DNA of 64,000 bases from a bacterium. Lineage in GTDB: Bacteria; Zhuqueibacterota; Zhuqueibacteria; Oceanimicrobiales; Oceanimicrobiaceae. Shown here piece after piece: positions 58,237 through 64,000 of this stretch. Made by a program: the position numbers and the translations under genes. How positions within the stretch are numbered: position 1 is the first letter of the stretch; each line of letters begins with the position of its first letter. The DNA lies in contig JBHHXN010000008.1 in the NCBI GenBank assembly GCA_046757025.1, positions 9,227-73,226 of the forward strand, read 5' to 3'. The notes beneath the pieces were generated by a model. The model made no database searches, was not told where the DNA came from, and saw only the letters and a program-made list of their open reading frames with translations.

Positions 58237-58653
58237 ATGGATTTGGTGAACGTAAATTACTGGGCCGTTCTGGTATCGACAGTGGCGTATTTTATGCTCG
58301 GCGGTTTGTGGTATTCGCCCATTTTGTTTGGCAAAGCCTGGATGGCTGCTCAGGGTCTGACCGACGCTGATAAAGAAAAACTGCAAGAAGGTGCGGTCAA
58401 AGCGTACATTGTCAGCATTGTCAGCGCGTTTATCATGGCTTTTGTCATGGCCATGTTTGTTGGCTATGCCAGCGCCGCCAACTTGCAGTCGGGCTTAACC
58501 ACGGGCTTTTTCGTCTGGCTGGGATTTGTGGCCACCACCGTCGCCCTGCCCTATTTTTATGAAGATCGTTCCAAAAAGGTTTATTTGATGTACGCCGGTT
58601 ACACCCTGGTGGGCTGCCTGGTTATGAGCTCAATTTTAGCCCTTTGGCAATGA
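58237..58653 (+). CDS. DUF1761 family membrane protein
   Basis: GGAGG RBS; NYWAVLV..GGLWYSPILFGKAWM; four TM segments. Confidence 0.85.
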   Translation: MDLVNVNYWAVLVSTVAYFMLGGLWYSPILFGKAWMAAQGLTDADKEKLQEGAVKAYIVSIVSAFIMAFVMAMFVGYASAANLQSGLTTGFFVWLGFVATTVALPYFYEDRSKKVYLMYAGYTLVGCLVMSSILALWQ

Positions 58654-58665
58654 GATAAATTCGAA

Positions 58666-58700
58666 ATGGCAGCCATCTGCTGGGTGGCTGCTATTTTTTT
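58666..58700 (+). terminator. Intrinsic terminator
   Basis: ATGGCAGCCATC ... GGTGGCTGCTAT hairpin followed by a T tract. Confidence 0.7.
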
Positions 58701-58715
58701 AAAATGTGAGAAAAA

Positions 58716-59216
58716 ATGGAAATTTACTCGAGCCGCGATTTTTTAAATTATTATGTCCGCATCCGCGAACGCACTTTGAATGTGGTCAAATGCATTCCTC
58801 CTGAGAAAATGGAGTGGAGCTACCAGGCGGGTAAATTCACCTTGGGGGATTTGGTGCGACATCTGGGGGCGCTGGAACGCTACATGTTTGCAGAAAATGT
58901 GCAGTTGCGGCCGAGCCGCTATCCGGGCCACGGTAAGGAGCTGGCGGAGGGTTATGATACTGTCCTGAATTTTCTGAACCAGATGCACCAGGAAACGGTA
59001 GAAATCATCGGAAACTTGTCTGAAGAAGATTTGCAAAAAAAATGTCAAACGCCTAATGGCACCACCATTACGGTGTGGAAATGGCTGCGGGCCATGGTGG
59101 AGCATGAGATTCATCACAGGGGTCAGATTTATTTGTATCTTGCCATGCTCAAAGTGCCTACGCTACCGTTGTATGGTTTAACTTCTGAGCAGGTAAAAGA
59201 AAAAAGTCAAAACTAG
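58716..59216 (+). CDS. DinB family protein
   Basis: TLGDLVRHL and EHEIHHRGQI. Confidence 0.88.
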   Translation: MEIYSSRDFLNYYVRIRERTLNVVKCIPPEKMEWSYQAGKFTLGDLVRHLGALERYMFAENVQLRPSRYPGHGKELAEGYDTVLNFLNQMHQETVEIIGNLSEEDLQKKCQTPNGTTITVWKWLRAMVEHEIHHRGQIYLYLAMLKVPTLPLYGLTSEQVKEKSQN

Positions 59217-59257
59217 AATTTTGAAATGATAAATTTACCTGTTTATTTTACCAGTTT

Positions 59258-60304
59258 ATGATGCTCCATTCTCTAATCGAATCATCAAGTGTTCGTTTTA
59301 ATTCCTGTGAAGAAATTCGCAAGTCGCTTATTCAGGCTTGTGAAAAGCATGCAGACGTAGCTACCTTTCACACGCTCGGCACCAGCGAAGAAGGCCGCGC
59401 CATCGATGCGGTGGTCTTGGGGAACGGCACGCGTCGAATCAGCCTCATCGCCGGCGCCCATGCAGACGAGCCCGTGGGGCCGGAAACCCTGCGCGCGTTT
59501 ATTTTGCAGGGACTGGCACAAAGAGATCGACTCAAAACGCTGTTCGAAACCTTTCAATTCATCGTTGTTCCGCACATCAATCCCGATGGCGAGGCGCGCA
59601 ATCAGCGCTGGATTCAGCGGTGGCCGGATTTCGAGGCTTACCTGCAGCACGTACACCGCGAACTGCCCGGTCGCGATCTGGAGTTCGGTTTTCCGAGGAT
59701 GCGCCGGGAAAATGCCCTGGTGGCGGACTTCCTGATGGACCACTCGCCGTTTGTGCTGCACGCCAGTTTACACGGCATGGGCGTCTCCGAGGGTGCCATG
59801 CTGCTCATCGAAAAGCACTGGATCGAGCGTACAAAAACTCTGCGCGTGCAGTTTGCGAACGCGGCACAAGAGAGCGGCCTGGCGCTGCATGATCACGATC
59901 GCAAAGGCGAAAAAGGCTTTCTCTATATTACTCCGGGATTTTCAACCACCCCGGAAGGTGAAGCCATGCGGACTTTTTTTGCCTCACAAAACGATGCGGA
60001 GACCGCGCAGCTTTTTCATGACAGCTCCATGGAATATGTGCGCAAATTGAGCCGCGATCCGTTGTGCTTGGTGACGGAGCTGCCGCTGTTTGTGATTCAG
60101 AAAAAATCGCAAAGACAGCAGGCGGGAGTGCCGCACAGTTATTTGGAATTCAAAAATAAATTGCCCAACCTGAAAGCTGCCGTCATGCGCGGGCAGTCCA
60201 TTACCAGAGAGATGCAAGAATTTCAAATAACGCCTATCGATTTAAAAACCGCCATGCAGTTACAACTCATTGCCATTCAATTGGGAATTGACACAGTAAA
60301 ATGA
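59258..60304 (+). CDS. M14 zinc carboxypeptidase-like protein
   Basis: LGTSEEGR, GAHADEP (HxxE), VPHINPDG, SLHG and VTELP. Confidence 0.8.
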   Translation: MMLHSLIESSSVRFNSCEEIRKSLIQACEKHADVATFHTLGTSEEGRAIDAVVLGNGTRRISLIAGAHADEPVGPETLRAFILQGLAQRDRLKTLFETFQFIVVPHINPDGEARNQRWIQRWPDFEAYLQHVHRELPGRDLEFGFPRMRRENALVADFLMDHSPFVLHASLHGMGVSEGAMLLIEKHWIERTKTLRVQFANAAQESGLALHDHDRKGEKGFLYITPGFSTTPEGEAMRTFFASQNDAETAQLFHDSSMEYVRKLSRDPLCLVTELPLFVIQKKSQRQQAGVPHSYLEFKNKLPNLKAAVMRGQSITREMQEFQITPIDLKTAMQLQLIAIQLGIDTVK

Positions 60305-62151
60305 CTGTGAAATCCAAAAGAAAACAGGCTCTCAATAACCAGAAGAAACGCTTGCAAAAACGCCTGGAAAGATTGAAAGCATTGAGCAACCGTTTTTCGC
60401 ACTATCGTCTGTTGGTATTTTTTGGCGGTATGACCGCCGGCATTCTCTGTTATTATCTGGTGGGAATCGTCCTTGGATGGAGTCTTCTTTTCGCCACGCT
60501 GGTGGTGTTCAACATCGTGGCGTGTTTTCATCGCCGGGTCAATGGCAGCATCTATCGACATGAAATCTGGCTGCAACTCAAATCCACACAGCTTGCTCGC
60601 ATGAGTTTGGATTGGCCAAACATTCCATTTCGAGGCGCGCACGAACCCGACGCGAGCCATCCCTTTGAAGGGGATCTGGATTTGACCGGCAAAAAATCGC
60701 TGCACCAGCTCATGGACGTCGCTATCTCAGAGGATGGTAGTCGGCGATTGCGTCACTGGCTGTTGAACACAAAACCCGACTCGCGTGTGATTCAAAACCG
60801 GCAGGCGCTGGTGCGGGAATTGACGCCACTGGCGCGATTTCGGGATAAGCTACTGTTAGCTTTTAACCTACTTTCAAAAGAACCGTTAGAAAGCCAAAAA
60901 CTTCTGAGCTGGCTGCACAAGCCAAACAACCGCCGCTACATGCGAATTATTCTGACTATTTCAACCGGGCTGGCAGGCTTGAACATCATTCTGTTCATTT
61001 TACATTTGACGGACTTTTTAGCCGCCTACTGGATTATTTCGCTGACCGTTTATTTCGTGATCTACTTCATGAATTTCAGGTTGGAAGAATCTCTATTTGA
61101 AGATTCCAACATCATTTCCGATGAATTGCAGAAGCTGCGCGAAGTGCTGATCTATCTAGAGCGCTACCCTTACCGGCAAAATAAAAATTTGCTCACGCTG
61201 TGTCAGCCGTTTTTGGACTCCCACAATGCGCCTTCCAAACATTTTAAAAAAATAACACGATTGAGTTTTGCGGTGGGCTTGCGAATGAATCCGCTGGTGA
61301 GAGGTCTTTTGAATGCAGCCATACCCTGGGATTTTCTCCTGGTCAGCAAAATCAACAAAATCCGGATCGCTCTGGCTAAATTTTTGCCGGATTGGCTGGA
61401 TGTTTTATTTGAATTTGAGGCGCTGATTTCACTGGCGAATTTTGCTTATCTGAATCCGGAATATGTTTTTCCAGAGTTGCTTACAAAGGGGGCAGTTCAA
61501 AAGTCGACGATTTTTCACGCAGAGAATTTAGGACATCCACTCATATCCGACCGTGAGCGCGTTTGCAACGATTTTGTTTTTGAGAGGAAAGGCGACATTG
61601 CCCTCATCACCGGTTCGAATATGTCGGGCAAGAGTACGTTTTTGAAAACCATCGGTGTCAATTTATGCCTGGCGTTTGCCGGCGGCCCGGTGAACGCCAG
61701 TTCCATGCAAACCGCCTTATTTCGATTGTTTACGTGCGTTCAAATCCACGATTCCGTCACCGAGGGATTTTCCTTCTTTTATGCTGAGGTGAAACGGCTG
61801 AAATGCTTGCTGGACGGGCTTCGTCGAAAATCCGCACTGCCACTGTTGTTTTTGATCGATGAAATTTTTAAAGGCACCAACAACCGCGAACGGCTCATGG
61901 GCAGCCGTTCCTACATTCTGGCGCTGGCCGGCGAAAACGGTCTGGGCGCCATTTCAACCCACGATCTGGAGTTGACCAGGCTCTCAGAAATAATTCCTTC
62001 CCTAACCAATTATCATTTTAAAGAGGAAGTGCAGAACGGTAAAATGGTATTCGATTACACATTGCGCTTGGGACCGTGTCCCACCACCAACGCGTTGAAG
62101 ATCATGCGGATGGAGGGTTTGCCCGTGGAAGGTGTTCCCCCAACTGAATAA
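60301..62151 (+). CDS. Membrane-anchored MutS-related ATPase (domain V only)
   Basis: TM segments, GHPL, ITGSNMSGKSTFL, SFFYAE, DEIFKGTN and STHDLEL; no mismatch-binding domain. Confidence 0.85.
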   Translation: MTVKSKRKQALNNQKKRLQKRLERLKALSNRFSHYRLLVFFGGMTAGILCYYLVGIVLGWSLLFATLVVFNIVACFHRRVNGSIYRHEIWLQLKSTQLARMSLDWPNIPFRGAHEPDASHPFEGDLDLTGKKSLHQLMDVAISEDGSRRLRHWLLNTKPDSRVIQNRQALVRELTPLARFRDKLLLAFNLLSKEPLESQKLLSWLHKPNNRRYMRIILTISTGLAGLNIILFILHLTDFLAAYWIISLTVYFVIYFMNFRLEESLFEDSNIISDELQKLREVLIYLERYPYRQNKNLLTLCQPFLDSHNAPSKHFKKITRLSFAVGLRMNPLVRGLLNAAIPWDFLLVSKINKIRIALAKFLPDWLDVLFEFEALISLANFAYLNPEYVFPELLTKGAVQKSTIFHAENLGHPLISDRERVCNDFVFERKGDIALITGSNMSGKSTFLKTIGVNLCLAFAGGPVNASSMQTALFRLFTCVQIHDSVTEGFSFFYAEVKRLKCLLDGLRRKSALPLLFLIDEIFKGTNNRERLMGSRSYILALAGENGLGAISTHDLELTRLSEIIPSLTNYHFKEEVQNGKMVFDYTLRLGPCPTTNALKIMRMEGLPVEGVPPTE

Positions 62152-62207
62152 TTGCACGCATGATGTACGCCACCGCGATTTGAAAATATCCAGTTAGAAT
62201 AAGTAAA

Positions 62208-62364
62208 TAGTGTCTGAACAAAAACTCAGTTTTTTGCTGTCATTGCGAGTCCCGATTTTCGGGAAAGCAATCTCCGTCTTAGGCACCGCAGGAGATTGCT
62301 TCTTCCCGCATAAAACGCGGGACTCGCATGACAGGGCGTTGGGGGAGTTTTCGGTGAGGCACTA
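62208..62364. mobile_element. TA-bounded MITE-like element with a nested GTCATTGCGAG palindromic repeat (62238-62333)
   Basis: TAGTGTCTGAACAAAAACTC ... GAGTTTTCGGTGAGGCACTA; inside, TGTCATTGCGAGTCCCG..AGCAATCTCC..GGAGATTGCT..CGGGACTCGCATGACA. Confidence 0.65.
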
Positions 62365-62421
62365 AATAATTTTTTATCTTCGGTGTGATGGTTAAAAGTT
62401 TCGCGTTAAATTCGAATTGAC

Positions 62422-62462
62422 AAAAAAGAAGAAACCCCGGCTGATTGCAAACGGGGTTTCTT
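62422..62462 (-). terminator. Intrinsic terminator of the OMP gene
   Basis: AAGAAACCCCG ... CGGGGTTTCTT stem with a T tract on the minus strand. Confidence 0.75.
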
Positions 62463-62494
62463 AATGGAAGGACGCTGGAGAGTCCTTTTGAGAG

Positions 62495-63103
62495 TCACTG
62501 GATGATCAGAGAGATTAAAAATCCTTTCGATTGCCCATCCAGATTGGGCCGAATGTCTGAAACCACGTCCTTGCCGTTTATGCGGCGGTTTTCTTTCGAG
62601 TAGTCGATGTTTTTGTACATCAGCTCCGCACCGATGCCAAAGTGTCGGGAGAAAAACCATTCGGCGCCGGCGGCAATGGAAAATCCACCGCCGTAGTAAG
62701 ACACGTCCGCGTCTTTTTCTCCGATTCCATAGAAACCCACAGCAAATTTGCCGTAAGGCTGAATGCGAGATTGTGCCATAAATTTATATTGTAAACTCAG
62801 CTCAATGGCCCCAAACTCCGTGTTGGTGGTGTTTACCGTATTTTCGGGATGTTCCACACCGAGTACCGTCAGCCAGAGCGTGAATTTGTCGTCGAAGCCG
62901 TAACCCAGGCTCAAGGAGCCGGCTTCTCCGTCGGTGAGCTCTTTTCCGAACTCGTTTTCAAAGGAGCCCATCCCGATGGCGCCTTTGACGCCTTTATGGG
63001 AAAAGCGCGAAGGCGGCGGGTTATCTTGTGAAAATAACGAGGCGACATTCAGCGTCAGCAGTAAGTTGATCAACACAATCGAGATTAAAATCGTCCTGTG
63101 CAT
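62495..63103 (-). CDS. Outer-membrane beta-barrel protein (OmpA/porin-like)
   Basis: Signal peptide, alternating strands, QPYGKFAVG and GAEWFFSRHFGIGAE. Confidence 0.75.
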   Translation of the reverse strand: MHRTILISIVLINLLLTLNVASLFSQDNPPPSRFSHKGVKGAIGMGSFENEFGKELTDGEAGSLSLGYGFDDKFTLWLTVLGVEHPENTVNTTNTEFGAIELSLQYKFMAQSRIQPYGKFAVGFYGIGEKDADVSYYGGGFSIAAGAEWFFSRHFGIGAELMYKNIDYSKENRRINGKDVVSDIRPNLDGQSKGFLISLIIQ

Positions 63104-63185
63104 TTTATCCTCCGATTTCGGTTATCTGCCATGAATGACCGTTTTCCAAATTCAAAACGCTCACTCTGAATTCGAAATGGGTATT

Positions 63186-63201
63186 TACAAAGAGTGTGCC
63201 A
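63186..63201 (-). promoter_or_regulatory. Possible sigma54 promoter
   Basis: TGGCAC-ACTCT-TTGTA, one mismatch at the -12 GC, about 85 bp upstream of the OMP gene. Confidence 0.3.
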
Positions 63202-63377
63202 AAGTTGATTAAGTATTTTTGAGTTGATTATAAAGAACTTAGAAGGTGTTTACTGTTCAAGCAATCGTGAGGAAAAACCACACTTGTCGTGGATGAACCA
63301 CGGAAGATTGCTGAAATTTAACCAGGTTTTTGAATAAATTTAAGGTGGTACTTATGTGCTTATTTTTTGTTTGGAAT

Positions 63378-64000
63378 TTATCTGTTTTTCCATTCGTATC
63401 TGGAACGAAGATGGTTGTGCCATGAGTTTCCAAAATAACCATCATGCTGTAAACGTCCTACGACAATGCCTGGATCGATCCCCAGGCGCTGTGCAAATAG
63501 TTCGATTTCCTTTGGATAAAAGGCCTCTGCTTTAAGAAAAGATTTGTACTCATCTGGGGGAATTAAACTGTCTGCAGCGAATCTATCGGCTTCTTTTTCG
63601 GGTTTGTTAAATTCGTGTTCACGAATATCTCCTTCCAAAAAAACCATTTGCTTGCCATGTAACAGCAGGTGACCAATTTCATGAAACAGGCTGAACCAAA
63701 AAATATCTGCCCAGCTGCCCCGAATTGTGAGCATGAGAACGGCTTTGTTCTGTCCCAACCAGAAAGTCGCGCCATGAAGATAGGTTTTTGGTAAATGCGG
63801 ACAGAGAACAAGTACGACGCCAGCATCTAATAGAATTTGGCGTAGTTGCGATTCAAATTTCTCTGGCAACAATCGTGTCAGGCCGCGAATGGAGGGAAGG
63901 GCCCTTTCTAAAACATCCCTTCTAAAGGGCGCAGACGCTGTCTTCTGACCTTGTAATTCTCCGATTCTTAACCACGCTGAGGTCGCTTCAGGTGATCGTT
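63378..64000 (-). CDS. ImmA/IrrE (M78) metallopeptidase domain protein, probably a HigA-type HTH fusion, 5'-partial
   Basis: FWFSLFHEIGHLLLH, EKEADRFA and IVVGRLQH; frame is open to the window end (SAWLRIGE). Confidence 0.82.
   Translation of the reverse strand, partial: RSPEATSAWLRIGELQGQKTASAPFRRDVLERALPSIRGLTRLLPEKFESQLRQILLDAGVVLVLCPHLPKTYLHGATFWLGQNKAVLMLTIRGSWADIFWFSLFHEIGHLLLHGKQMVFLEGDIREHEFNKPEKEADRFAADSLIPPDEYKSFLKAEAFYPKEIELFAQRLGIDPGIVVGRLQHDGYFGNSWHNHLRSRYEWKNR

Noticed and set aside
1..64000. CRISPR array, rRNA, tRNA or intact transposase
   Set aside because: No regularly spaced direct repeats or such genes were seen; the only tRNA-like sequence is the tmRNA end.

Overview
Bacterial chromosomal window, coding-dense and mostly on the + strand, from a diderm organism (two TonB-dependent receptors and an outer-membrane beta-barrel). 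The tmRNA tag (A)ADNYAYAMAA and gene content suggest an FCB-related lineage such as KSB1 or Calditrichota; this is inference. It has four parts. (1) 1-12.6 kb: TPR protein, MscS, two PP2C/SpoIIE phosphatases, a B12 radical SAM enzyme, an alanine/glycine symporter, a MarR-controlled QueG-like/SCP2 fusion, a PaaI pseudogene and ssrA. (2) 13.3-39.6 kb: a co-directional cluster of about 26 kb and 19 genes that I cannot match to a characterised pathway. It holds five PQQ/BamB-like beta-propellers, an EhpF/GriC-like adenylating enzyme with a GriD/LuxC-like reductase and an Fe-alcohol dehydrogenase, a HemN-like radical SAM enzyme, a halogenase-like flavoprotein, GT4, two thioesterases and four transport systems. 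This is the best candidate for an undescribed system. (3) 45.3-55.1 kb: an AT-rich defence island with sspB/sspC/sspD-like phosphorothioation genes (sspD 3' end decayed, no sspA/sspE in the window), two PIN toxin-antitoxin pairs, an HNH nuclease with a methyltransferase-HIT fusion, and duplicated SDR remnants. (4) 55.4-64 kb: a reductive-dehalogenase-like gene, a frameshifted NSS transporter, DUF1761, DinB, an M14 peptidase, a membrane MutS-type ATPase, an OMP and a partial ImmA/IrrE gene. Many intergenic regions carry MITE-like and nested palindromic repeats. All family calls come from reading motifs by eye; no searches were run.
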